In this document: piece by piece, positions 49,507 through 62,115 of the stretch
Position numbering within the stretch: position 1 is the stretch's first letter
How the letters are laid out: each line of letters begins with the position of its first letter
DNA from: Squalus acanthias
Lineage: Eukaryota
Assembly: GCA_030390025.1 (NCBI GenBank)
Contig: CM059433.1
Coordinates: 111,290,001-111,354,000, forward strand
Direction: 5' to 3'
DNA length: 64,000 nucleotides
Position numbers and translations under genes: made by a program
Notes under the pieces: generated by a model
Seen by the model: only the letters and a program-made list of their open reading frames with translations
Told to the model about the DNA's origin: nothing
Databases searched by the model: none

Positions 49507-51508
49507 CACACACAACGATCGGGTTATAGTCACACCTCACACACAACGATCGGGTTATAGTCACACCTCACACACAACGATCGGGTTATAGTCACACCTC
49601 ACACACAACGATCGGGTTATAGTCACACCTCAGAGAACGATCGGGTTATAGTCACACCTCACACACAACGATCGGGTTATAGTCACACCTCAGAGAACGA
49701 TCGGGTTATAGTCACACCTCACACACAACGATCGGGTTATAGTCACACCTCACACACAACGATCGGGTTATAGTCACACCTCACACACAACGATCGGGTT
49801 ATAGTCACACCTCACACACAACGATCGGGTTATAGTCACACCTCACACACAACGATCGGGTTATAGTCACACCTCACACACAACGATCGGGTTATAGTCA
49901 CACCTCACACACAACGATCGGGTTATAGTCACACCTCACACACAACGATCGGGTTATAGTCACAGCTCACACACAACGATCGGGTTATAGTCACACCTCA
50001 CACACAACGATCGGGTTATAGTCACACCTCACACACAACGATCGGGTTATAGTCACACCTCACACACAACGATCGGGTTATAGTCACACCTCACACACAA
50101 CGATCGGGTTATAGTCACACCTCACACACAACGATCGGGTTATAGTCACACCTCACACACAACGATCGGGTTATAGTCACACCTCACACACAACGATCGG
50201 GTTATAGTCACACCTCACACACAACGATCGGGTTATAGTCACACCTCACACACAACGATCGGGTTATAGTCACACCTCACACACAACGATCGGGTTATAG
50301 TCACACCTCACACACAACGATCGGGTTATAGTCACACCTCACACACAACGATCGGGTTATAGTCACACCTCACACACAACGATCGGGTTATAGTCACACC
50401 TCACACACAACGATCGGGTTATAGTCACACCTCACACACAACGATCGGGTTATAGTCACACCTCACACACAACGATCGGGTTATAGTCACACCTCACACA
50501 CAACGATCGGGTTATAGTCACACCTCACACACAACGATCGGGTTATAGTCACACCTCACACACAACGATCGGGTTATAGTCACACCTCACACACAACGAT
50601 CGGGTTATAGTCACACCTCACACACAACGATCGGGTTATAGTCACACCTCACACACAACGATCGGGTTATAGTCACACCTCACACACAACGATCGGGTTA
50701 TAGTCACACCTCACACACAACGATCGGGTTATAGTCACACCTCACACACAACGATCGGGTTATAGTCACACCTCACACACAACGATCGGGTTATAGTCAC
50801 ACCTCACACACAACGATCGGGTTATAGTCACACCTCACACACAACGATCGGGTTATAGTCACACCTCACACACAACGATCGGGTTATAGTCACACCTCAC
50901 ACACAACGATCGGGTTATAGTCACACCTCACACACAACGATCGGGTTATAGTCACACCTCACACACAACGATCGGGTTATAGTCACACCTCACACACAAC
51001 GATCGGTTATAGTCACACCTCACACACAACGATCGGGTTATAGTCACACCTCACACACAACGATCGGGTTATAGTCACACCTCACACACAACGATCGGGT
51101 TATAGTCACACCTCACACACAACGATCGGGTTATAGTCACACCTTCACACACAACGATCGGGTTATAGTCACACCTCATACAGAACGATCGGGTTATAGT
51201 CACACCTCACACACAACGATCGGGTTATAATCACACCTCATACAGAACGATCGGGTTATAGTCACACCTCATACAGAACGATCGGGTTATAGTCACACCT
51301 CACACACAACGATCGGGTTAGAGTCACACCTCACACACAACGATCGGGTTATAGTCACACCTCATACAGAACGATCGGGTTATAGTCACACCTCACACAC
51401 AACGATCGGGTTATAGTCACACCTCACACACAACGATCGGGTTATAGTCACACCTCAGAGAACGATCGGGTTAGAGTCACACCGTCACACACAACGATCG
51501 GGTTATAG
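49507..51508. repeat. 31-bp minisatellite, ~65 copies
   Basis: Unit CACACACAACGATCGGGTTATAGTCACACCT; homogeneous core with variant units near the edges. Confidence 0.98.
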
Positions 51509-51567
51509 ATTCTTTCATTTGTTACTTTCTCTATGTTACATGTGTCTGTGCCTTGATTTAAAACAAC

Positions 51568-52328
51568 GGCCCAGAAATTCGGCTCCCTGGCTTCCTGCGG
51601 GTGCAAGGATCACGCGCACACCTACCTACCGCGCCTGCCGTTGACCTCTGGGCCCACGGGGACTTCAGCTCCTGGGCCTCCTGCAGCTGCCGGCGCGCAG
51701 TGCTTGTGTATCCCAGGGGCGTAGTTAGTGCGATGCGTCCCCTGGGATCACGTGGGTCATGGAGAGCCAATGGCAGCAGACCATCTTTCATTCATAGATT
51801 TGACAGGAGACCTGTCAAATCTATGAATTGAAATCGGCCCCAAAACAACACCTAAACTTCAAATAAATGTAAAAAAAAAAATCACATTTTTAAAATAACT
51901 AAGTTAAATAAATTAACCACTTTAAACAAAAATTTTAATTTTTGAAAAAATTAAAATACTTTTTAACAGTGCTAAAAATAAACTTACCTTTCTTTAAAGT
52001 ATCTAAAAAAGATAAACCTGTTGAAAAATTTTTAAATTGTAATTAATTAACCACTTACCTTGTTGAAAACGAGTCTTGTGCCTCCTTTTTAAAAGCGCAG
52101 CTTCTTCCATACTTACCTTCCCGGAGAAACCTGAAAAAAAACCTAAGTTCGCTGCGTGCGCGCAGCCTCTCCCGCGCACGCGGTTCACCTCTGAACCCCT
52201 CCCTTCACGAGACCGGAAGTTCCGATTTCCCGCACATGCGCAGTGCATGCAGGAAACCGGAACTTCAGGAGGCCTTACGGGTGAGTGAACAGCGCGTACT
52301 CACCCGGCAAGTGCCAAATTTTTGGCCC
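51568..52328. mobile_element. Harbinger-type MITE with AT-rich centre
   Basis: TIRs GGCCCAGAAATTCGG / CCAAATTTTTGGCCC. Confidence 0.7.
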
Positions 52329-53862
52329 ATTTTCTCACTCTCTGAAGCCACATTAACCATTGCATGTTGTGCTGCTGTCAGATCACTCAGCATGTCTGAG
52401 ATCCATTCTTCAGTTTCATTATGCATTCCCGCATGCCAGTTGCTTCACATTTGTACACATATCCCAATATCACGCCACATGTGACATCCGATACAAGCCA
52501 TTCTCAGGCTTTCAGGTTATCTTATCAATAGATCACGGGGGGTGCAGGGGTGGCTGGATATCTTTGCTTACCTCCCCCTGCATTGTCCCAATGTCTCGGG
52601 TAGTGGCCAGGCTATCAAATGCATTATACTTGTTGTTCAGTATCGGCAAGGACATAAAGAGCTCCAAGAAAAAGCTATCAATTAACTGTTTTCACCTACA
52701 CTTTCCTGACTTTTACTAAATGTATATTTTTTGCAGGTTGATATCTTTTGGTGAAATGTGCCATGGTAATTTATTCCAATTCCAGAAAATAATTTTCGAA
52801 AAATTCCCATTTGGTGGTGTAATTTTCCTGTTTCTGTCTTATATCCTCAATCAATTCCTCTCATTCAATTTTACACAGTAGCTTCAATTTCATCTCATTC
52901 ATGAGCTCTGGAGGAACTTTACTGTCCAATATAATATTATCATAGAAATCATAGATTAAACGTTCCCACCTGGTCCAAGTTATTAACACATTTTGTTTAT
53001 TTATTTTGGAGGACCTTGTATTTCCCAAAATATTGTGCCGGAGTCCAGGTTATCATTTCAAAATTATTCCAAATCCCAAGAGCAGTATTGTTGGACTGAC
53101 AGGACTTATGTTTATTTCCTCAAAAAAACTGTCTTCCTATATATATAGCATTTTACAGGAACCACCTAGACTGCACTCTTCTCTTTTCTTTTAATGAAAA
53201 TTTGATTATTCCCTTAAAGGTTCAGTAAATTTTCCCATCTCGAGTGCTTGAAACAGTAACTCATATCAATTTATCATATCAATTCTAATTTCAGAAACAA
53301 ATTATGCCCAGGCTTGGTGGTTTTACATTAGAGACAGAAGTACTTTCATTTTCTTTTGGAGGTAACTTCTACATCTCACCTCACCCCCACTCGAGCACTC
53401 TGTCACAGAAGATAATAAATGACCCTGAATGGGTTAAGGCCGAGCCACTGAAAGGCAAAATCTTAAGTCCCAAATCGTCACCACACTGTGACATTTGATG
53501 TTTGCAGATAAGTTGATAAATTCTTAAAACTACTGGATCTCTTGCTGTGCCATCATTCTAGAAAACCATGGTCCCCTGTGTAAAAGAAAAGAAAAATAAC
53601 AGAGAATCCATTGTGGCTCTTCTTGCGAGGCCAAGTGGTTAATTTTGTCAATTGATGATTTCCTTCTCTCACCGTAGGGAAATATCCACTGAAATTAAGA
53701 AATGCAAAATATAATAATGCCCAATATATACACACACACACATTCAGCAATACAAAAAGTTGTTGCTTGGTGAATTAAACAGCTCTCAGTGGAAAGGGTC
53801 AACTTCTTTGTATATTTATAAGATATCGTCTGACACAAATGCATCACTTCACGCAAATTTAA

Positions 53863-55848
53863 GAAAAAGTGCTGGAAATACTCAGCCGGTCAGGCAGCAT
53901 CTGTGGAGAGTTAACAATTCAGACCGGTGACCTTTCGTTAGAACTGAAAAATATTACAGATGTAACAGGTTTTAAGCAAGTACAGAGGCAGGAAAAGGGT
54001 GGGCAGGAAGGGAGGAAAGAACAAAAGGGAAGGTCTGTGATGGGGTGGAAGGCAGGAGTTAAATTAACAGTAGAATCATTACCAGCACCTGCTGTCCAAA
54101 GAAATGGCAGCAGTGATTATGATTTGAAATTGTTGAACTCAATATTGAGTCCGGAAGTGCCTAATGTAAACATGAGGGGCTGTTCGTCAAGCTTCCGTTG
54201 AGCTTCATTGGAATGGTGCAGGAGGTCAATGACAGAGAGATCAGAGTGGGAGTGGGGCGGGGAATTATAGTAGCAATCGACTGATAGATCGGAGTCACGC
54301 TTGCAGACTGAACGAATGTGTTCCGCAAAGCGATCACCCAATCTGTGTTGGGTCTCCCAAATATAGAGGAGACCACATCGTGAGCAGCGAATACAGTTTA
54401 TTGAATTGAGAGAAATACAAGTAAATCACTATTTCACCTGGAAGTTGTGTTTTGGGCCCTGGACGGTGGGAAGGGAGAAGGTAAAAGGGCAGATGTTGCA
54501 TCTCCTGTGCTTGCAGGGGAAGGTGCCGTGGGAAGGGGAGTGGTTGTTGGGAGTAAAGGAAGAGTGGACCAGGGTATTGCGGAGGGAATGGTCCCTTCAG
54601 AATGCTAAAAGGGGCAGGGAGGGGAAGATGAGTTTGGTGGTAGCATTGTGCTGGTGGTGGCATCGCGTTGGAGGTGGCAGAAATGACAGAGATTGGTCCG
54701 TCGAATGTGGAGGCTGGTGGGGTGGAAGGTGAGGACCGTGATTCTGGGAGGGTGGGGAAGGGGTGAGAGCAGAAGTGCGGGAAATGGGACGGACACAGTT
54801 GAGAGCCATGTCAACCACAGTGGAGGGGAATCCTCGGTTGAGGATAAAGAAAGACATACTGGAAGCACTGGTGTGGAAGGTGGCATCATCAGAACAGGTG
54901 CAATGGCAATGGAGAAACTGGGATAATGGAATAGAGTCCTTACAGGAAGTGGGGTGGAAGGGAGTGTAATCAAGTTAGCTGTGGGAGTTAGTGGGCTTAT
55001 CATAGACATTGGTTGACAGCCTATCCCCAGAAATGGGATGGAATGGTCGAGGAAAGGAAGGGCGGAGTCAGAGATGGACCATGTGAAGGTGAGGGAGGGG
55101 TGGAAATTTGAAGCAAAGTTGATGAAATTTTCCAGTTCGGGGCAAGAGCAGGAAATGGCACCAATACAGTGATCAATGTATCGGAAAATGAGGTGAGGGA
55201 GGGGACCCGAGTAGGACTGGAACAAAGAATGTTCCACATATCCCACGAAAAGCCAGGCATAGCCAGGACCTATACGGGTTCCCATAGCAACACCTTTGAT
55301 TTGGAAGGAGTGAAAGGAATCAAAGGAGAAGTTGTTCAATGTGAGAACAAGTTCAGTCAGGTGGAGGAAGGTGATGGTGGATGTGGACTGGTTGGGCCTC
55401 TGTTCAAGTTCATCCTGGCGGGAGATAGAGGTGTAGAGGGACTGGACATCCATGGTGAAAAGGAAACAGTTAGGGAAACTGGAAACTGTTTAAGTAGCGG
55501 AGGGCTTCAGAAGAGTTGTGGATGTAGGTCGTAAGAGATTGGACAAGGGGAAAAAAAATAAAGTCGAGATAGGAAGAAATAATTTCCATGGGCAATAATA
55601 GGCTGAAACGAAGGTCTGCAGCTCTGTTTGTGAATCTTGGGAAGGAGGTAGAAGCCGGCTATGTGGGTTTGGGGGACGATGAGGTTGGAGGCCGTGGGGA
55701 GGAAGATCTCCAGAGGAGATGTAATCAGTGATGATCTGGGGAATGATGGCTTGTATTTCGGCGGTTGGATCGTGGTCCAGGGGGAGGTGGGAGGAGGTGT
55801 CGGAGAGTTGCCGGTCAGCCTCCGCAAGGTAGGGGTCTGTTCCACAAG
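53863..55848 (-). mobile_element. Penelope-like retroelement (Neptune-type; RT plus GIY-YIG), decayed and 5'-truncated
   Basis: MDVQSLYTSI, NNFSF..QIKGVAMGT, FRYID and CIRCSRCGLLYI..LGDRFAEH..GLNIEF. Confidence 0.92.
53905..53946 (-). ncRNA. decayed minimal hammerhead ribozyme in the Penelope terminal region
   Basis: Minus strand reads CUAACGA-AAGGUCACCGGUCU-GAAU-UGUUAAC versus the core CUGANGA..GAAA with palindromic stem III. Confidence 0.6.
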
Positions 55849-55860
55849 AGGAGCTGCCAA

Positions 55861-56477
55861 TGTTAGCAGATTTCCCGTGATTACGGTCGCAACAAAGGGT
55901 TGTTAGTCCTGCAACAATAACCTCCACGTGATTCAGGCCCGAGTGGTTTTAAACAACAAGCTTTAATATACATTGACTAATAACAGTACTGTTCTTATAC
56001 AACTGTTCTACAGTATTACATTAAATGACCAGCAATTAATACCACCTACAAAGTCCAAGCCGATCAGACTTGTAAATACCTTCATGGGTTATTGTTAAGG
56101 TGAAAGGACATCCGACTGTCCACAAGAGCACTCTAACTTTTGGACTGGCCAGGGTCTACCCTTATACTATTCAGCTACCTTGGACTGCATGTCTCATAAC
56201 TGTATCCCACCAAGTTGACGCCAGGCTGAGCTGTTTATGCAACATCCTAATTGTGACCTGTTCTTTCCTCTTATCTGTAAGTGTCTGGTTCTTTACATGC
56301 TATCATAATACCAGCCCACGACATGGTTGGGTTGTGTGTCTCCTAGCAACCAGTCCCTTACCTAGGTATAGTTTTGAAACTTCAGCATTTTCTCCATATT
56401 TGCTTTCTGGACAAAATGCTGGAGCAAAGCAAGCTGGGATACTCCAAACAGTTGGCCCAATTTAAAATATTCTAACA
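55861..56477 (-). mobile_element. putative solo LTR (617 bp)
   Basis: TGTTAG...CTAACA termini and minus-strand ATTAAA at about 55965; no clean TSD. Confidence 0.5.
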
Positions 56478-56479
56478 CA

Positions 56480-57005
56480 TGGCATCAACACTCTAGAGTT
56501 AACCACAGAGCATCTGGATGCTGCAGCTGAGCCCTTCATACAGAAACATGTGGCACCATTTTATAGCAACACTCGAGATGCTCATACTGAGGCCGCATAA
56601 GCAGTGGACTTAACCACCTCCTCCGCTTTGGACAGGCTGGAAGACCAAATGGATGGAGGGTTTTAGCTGCATCACGACTGTCCTGCAGTCTGCTCTCCCA
56701 CAGATCAGTGGGACGCTGAGCCGCAGCCAGATAGAAAGGGTCATGGTGCAATAGCAATGGAACATGTTGCCATCTTGCAGGATGACAGCACATCTGCGCC
56801 CTCGCCACCCCCTCAACCACAACCAAAGCCTCTCCTGGTGGCAGCCAGCCAGCCAGACCAGACTGTCCCAGTAGCTGCCGAGTTGCTGCAGTCTGCAGCA
56901 GGGCTCTAGATGCCCAAGCTCCGAGACGTTGCCGACCACAAGCATTCCACTTACCATACTGCAGCCACTGGGGAGCACCTCACAGGAGCACTAGATTAGG
57001 TACTT
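56480..57005 (+). pseudogene. remnant of a Harbinger Myb-gene 3' exon
   Basis: CTGCAGCCACTGGGGAGCACCTCACAGGAGCACTAGATTAGG matches the reverse complement of 33898-33945 (AATGPTLRRSTRVG). Confidence 0.55.
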
Positions 57006-57029
57006 AACCCAAGTAAAGTAGTGAAGAGC

Positions 57030-57480
57030 TAGGCCATTAAGTGAGTTAAACATGACAATGAGAATTTTTGATTTAAAGTGTTGGGGGACTGGGAACCAAT
57101 GTAGGTCAGCCAGGACAGGATGCTGGCTGAGTGGGATGGTGGAGGGTAGGATATGGGCAACAGAGTTTTGAATGAGCTGAATTGTATGCAGGGTGGAAGA
57201 TGGGATGTCAGCCAGGAGAACATTGGAATAGTCAAGTTTGGAAGTGACGAAGACATGGATGAGGGTTTCAGTGCCATATGGGCTGAGGTAGGGACGGAGT
57301 TGAATGATGTTATGGAGGTGGAAGTAGACAGTCTTTGTGATGTAGAGGCTATAAGGTCAGAAGATCAGCTCAGGGTTGAATAGGATGCCTAGGTTGCAAA
57401 CAGTTTGGTTGAGCCTGAACCAGTGGCCGGGAGGGGGAAGGAGCCAATGGCAAAGGTACAGAGCTTGTGCCGGGGAGCGA
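57030..57480 (-). mobile_element. L2 LINE ORF2 fragment
   Basis: Reverse strand LSPYGTETLIHVFVTSKLDYSNVLLAD..IQNSVA is typical of L2. Confidence 0.8.
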
Positions 57481-58739
57481 AGTTGATCATCCGATTCAGA
57501 GATCCACCAGGATTCTGCTTTTGTCCTGATTGGAATTTCGGAGCCAATGCCATGAAGATGACCACCTGTTGGTGAGGATCATAATTATCCGTCGCCTGCA
57601 TTGGGGCATTTGACTCATTTCAACCTCTTAATTAGATGCAAGACAGATTCAATTCACACCTAGTTCCAAATACCTTCAATTTAATTGCTTTCTGATCAGA
57701 AACAGGCAGGCTTGATTGATGCAGCTGAAACAACACCAGCTGCCTTGAGAAGGCGCAGCTTCCAGTTTCAAAACTGAGTTTCTATTGTTTTTAAAACTAG
57801 GGGTAAAAACAAAATCAAAATATAAATTTTTAGCACACTGTCATCAGCTGACGATGGGAAATCACATCTGAATACTCTTCATTAATGCTGCATTCCTGTG
57901 TGTGCTATTGTTGCACAGACGTTAACCGTTTATTTAAAATGAATTAATACCAGTATAAAAAGAGTGCGCTGTTCCTACACACGCTTTGCTTGTTGCAATT
58001 TTTACACTCTGGTGTCCACACCTACAGGCTTTAAAGCAGGGATTGTGAGATGATAATTAGGAGCAGGAACCTCGGGTAATTTTTCCCCTCCCTAACTCAG
58101 GTGTGATGAGGTTAATTTGTAGAACTCGTACTGGAGGCTCAACAAAGATCATCCGAGTCAGCAGACACCATGGATCGGGGTCACTGGTATTTTATAAAAA
58201 TAACAGGCACTTTCAATGCCTTGGGACATTTTACAACATTAGAGGCGCTGTAGAAACAAGTTGTTGTTGTTCAAACCAAATGTTTTGAATCATCCTGTCA
58301 GTAATGTGACCATCCAGTTACCACTCATAGCAGAATAGCTATTTGGATAATAGCTCTTCACATCAGCACTGCAAGTATTCATTTTCCACATTTAATTTAA
58401 CCCAGCCATAATGAATTCTGTGCAATGATTGCAATAGCAGTGAGATAATGAATTAAGAGGTGGACCTGACTAATAAGACTATCTATTTTCATTATCCACC
58501 TATTTGTTTTGCACGAAACATGTGCGATGTAAGTCACTTTTCAAATACAATGTAATACTTCCTCTGCTGTTAGACTTACGATTAGTCATAAATTTCACAC
58601 ATATATTCTGCTACTTTTCAAACTGTTGCGATTGAGAGACCTATTGCGATACATTAACATAGATGGTGATGTATTTGAAAGGGATATGTTAGTATTGGAC
58701 AATTATACATGACATTTTAAAACTATGTACAATCACATT

Positions 58740-60327
58740 GACCTGATTTTTGCGGTCAGAGGCGAATGAACTGTGCTCGCCGTTCATTATACTTGTATTT
58801 GCCCACAGTCTATGGGCTTTTGCACTGGAACTTGCAGTGAATAGAAATCCAAAACAGCATGGCGCCCTCTACAGGGGATCTGGGACCTGTGTGAACAGGG
58901 CAAGCAACTGTGTATTTCCTTAAACAATCAAATTGAAGAATCCTCACTGAGGCACACAGGCCACGATTTTGTCATTGGAAGTAGCTTCCAGTCCCACCCC
59001 CAACTGCATCTGGCCCACGGATGTGATTTTATGTTGATTGACCTTTGTTAAGCCCACCCTGTGGGCTTGCCGGCCAATTAAGAGGAAGCCGGTCAGATGA
59101 CATCATTTGATGATGCGTCATCTGCCGGTTTTCTTAAAGGGACCACGCACAATTTTTCTTTGACCGCTCATTACTCAGTGTTTGACAGCGTTGAGGTGCT
59201 ATAACATTGACAATCACTGTACAAAGGTAGGCTCTTGCACCCAGGCTCTCCAGTGATTCGCACCCAGGCTCTCAAGTGACTCCCTACATAGGCTGGAACA
59301 GATGGCAGCTGCAGGTGAGGTTACAGAAGCGATCTGTCACTGGTGAGAGAGGTTCTCCCAATGAGGTGGGACGAGACATCAATTTCAAAACTTTTAACCT
59401 ACAGAAAAGTGTAAATGCATTAAAAATGATTTTCCCAACATTTTCTTACCTCTGAAACTCACCAGTGCACCATTGGATCCTTCACACCACTTCTGCAGCT
59501 GTCATCAATGCAGAAACACTACAGCAGACTCACAACACACCACACTTACCTGGCGTGGTGTCTGGACATCGGGAACCCCGAGGCAGAAGTGGCAAAATTG
59601 AAAAAGAGCCTGTTAACTACTGTCAAGTACCTGGTAACAGGAAGGTAAGTGGCTTTAATCCTCTTCCCGCCACGAGGTGTCGGGTCCCTGCACAAATCAG
59701 GGACCCGACACTTGGGAAAATTGTTTGGAGGTGGGTTGACGGCGGAATCGAAACCCGCCGTCAATCAAAATGATTTTAACCCTTGACCCGCCTCCAAACC
59801 CGCCCTCTCAGTGCCGATAAAATCGCGGCCACAGAATCTGAACCAGCAAGTGTAAGTTAGAATATTTAATTTAATGCCAAATCAGATACAGAGAGTGAAA
59901 TAAAGAGAGGGAAAGAAATATTGGATTAAGAGAAAGAGATAAGAGACAGAAAGAAAATGTTTTAAAAAAATTATTTAATTAAAAAATTTTTTTTAATCTC
60001 CAACAGTAATTAAAATCTGAAGGAATGAGACTCCACACTTGTAAAAGTTAATTTTCAGTGCCAGAGAGGTTGTTTAAAAATGTACTTACACTGGAATGGG
60101 AAAGCCCTAACATTTTCTGTCATTTTTAATGGGTATCTATCACGTAAGTTCCACAACTTCATGACCTTCCATGTGATTCAATGCCGAGTCTCTCGGTGAG
60201 ATACGGGTATAGTGACGCTTCTGGAGGAGCAGGGCAACTCGGACAGCAATGTCCTGATTTTTGCGTTTAACTGCGCATGTGTGGTCGCTGATAGCCTCAC
60301 CATTTTTGTTACCGCAAAATCCAGGCC
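58740..60327. mobile_element. Harbinger-type MITE hosting a nested MITE
   Basis: TIRs GACCTGATTTTTGCGGT / ACCGCAAAATCCAGGCC. Confidence 0.75.
58959..59830. mobile_element. Harbinger MITE, deletion derivative of the 39213-40731 family, inverted
   Basis: TIRs GGCCACGATTTT / AAAATCGCGGCC, TSD ACA. Confidence 0.85.
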
Positions 60328-61131
60328 AGTATATTTTTATAGAGGTGATTTAAAAAGACAGTAATAAATATGACACAAATGGAAATTGAATGCAGTCCAA
60401 CTACTGAATTATATAAGATGAGAAAAGCCAGTTCCATGTACATAACAGTAAATAAGAAAATGAGAACCCAGAGGAAAAAGCCCCATCACGAGCCACGAAA
60501 GAACCTATGATATGCAAATGAAGTTTAAGCCTAGATGTCACAATGTTTATTCTTTAATTTAAATTGATAACCAATTTTCCAGGATCATGGAAAAAGTATC
60601 TGGATGCAGAAGTAATGACAAGATATCATTTTAATTGATAAATCTTCAATAAAAATGGTAAATGAATTACACTGGTATTTTTGTAAGTGAAATTAAATAA
60701 ATTGGAAGTTAACTTAATGACTGATTATCATTGTTGTAAAAATTACTTAATGTAATTTTTTGAGAGATTGCCTCAGGAATCCTGCCCCAATGAATCAATG
60801 AGCACTCTCCAGCCATTCTCGCTCTGGCTCTTATGAAATGTCATCTAGATTTGAATTTGTGAGAACCTGTGGCATGCAAATAAAGTTGCAATCAATATCT
60901 GCCACCTGAGTCTTCAGACATACTTTTTATGACTATGATAATGACTATTACAAGCAATGCTTTAACATTAATGGGCAAAACAATCACGGGCTGTGGGCCT
61001 GCGATTTTCCAACATGCACTACCTGTGAATGCTGCTCCCTGCTGACAGTGCCAGGTCGCACAATTACCCCTATTGCTTCCAGATTAGTAAATTTGATTGA
61101 GAGAATAGGTAAAGCTGGAAATACACAGTAG

Positions 61132-61530
61132 ATTGTAGGAACAGAAGTCGGCCATTCAGCCCCTCGAGCCTGTTCCACCATTCAATGAGATCATGGCTGA
61201 TCTGCGACCTAACTCCATATACCCGCCTTTGGCCCATATCCCTTAATACCTCTGGTTAACAAAAAGCTATCAATCTCAGATTTAAAATTAACAATTGATC
61301 TAGCATCAATTGCCGTTTGCGGAAGAGAGATCCAAACTTCTACCACCCTTTTGTGTGTAGAAGGATTTCCTAATTTCACTCCTGAAAGGTCTGGCTCTAA
61401 TTTTTAGACCATGCCCCCTCGTCCTAGAATCCCCAACCAGCAGAAATAGTTTCTCTCTACCTACCCTATCTGTTCCCCTTAACATCTTGAAAACTTCGAA
61501 CAGCTCACCCCTTAACTCTTTAAATTCTAG
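61132..61530 (-). mobile_element. CR1 3' end
   Basis: LRGELFEVFKMLRG..RTRGHGLKI; colinear with 6181-6259 joined to 7711-8040. Confidence 0.9.
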
Positions 61531-61574
61531 ATCCATCAACATTTGAAAAAGGAATGAAAGGTTAACATTTGTGG

Positions 61575-62115
61575 TAGAATTCCTTTGGCCGAGAAATGGG
61601 AACACAGCCCGAACTGGAGTGCGATCCCTGTGCTGCGCTTGCTGCCCGCACCTAACAAGGCTGGTGGCAAGACCACGGGAAATTGGTCCGCCGCTCTCAT
61701 TTGTTAATCACCGGCGAGCTGTGGGCACCAGTGGCGGCCCCAGAGGCAGCTTGCTGGTCCCGAGAAGAACAAAGATCGGCCAGCTCGGATGCCAGCCTAG
61801 GCGATAAGCAAAGTCTGGGGCGGAGGGGAGTCAACCAGGAGGGGTGGGAGGGGAGGGGAGGGGGGCTGCGGGTAGCGGCATGGGCGGCTGGTGAATTTAA
61901 TGTGGAGGTGGTGGGTGTGGAGCACTCCTACTCACCCTGGCTCTACGATAAAGTAAGTGAAAAATTATAATCTTATCTTTCTGGAGACAGCATCCAGCAT
62001 GCGAAGGGCCTAAACCCTACAGGAGCCTCCACTAATATTGCGGGCGGTTTACTTCTGGGACAGAATGTGCCCATCATATTGGGCGCTCAGGCACCTAAAT
62101 AATTAAATTTCTAAG
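61575..62115. mobile_element. probable decayed MITE
   Basis: GC-rich island bounded by TAGAATT / AATTTCTA. Confidence 0.35.

Noticed and set aside
49507-51508. CRISPR array
   Set aside because: Head-to-tail identical units with no unique spacers, no cas genes and a vertebrate context
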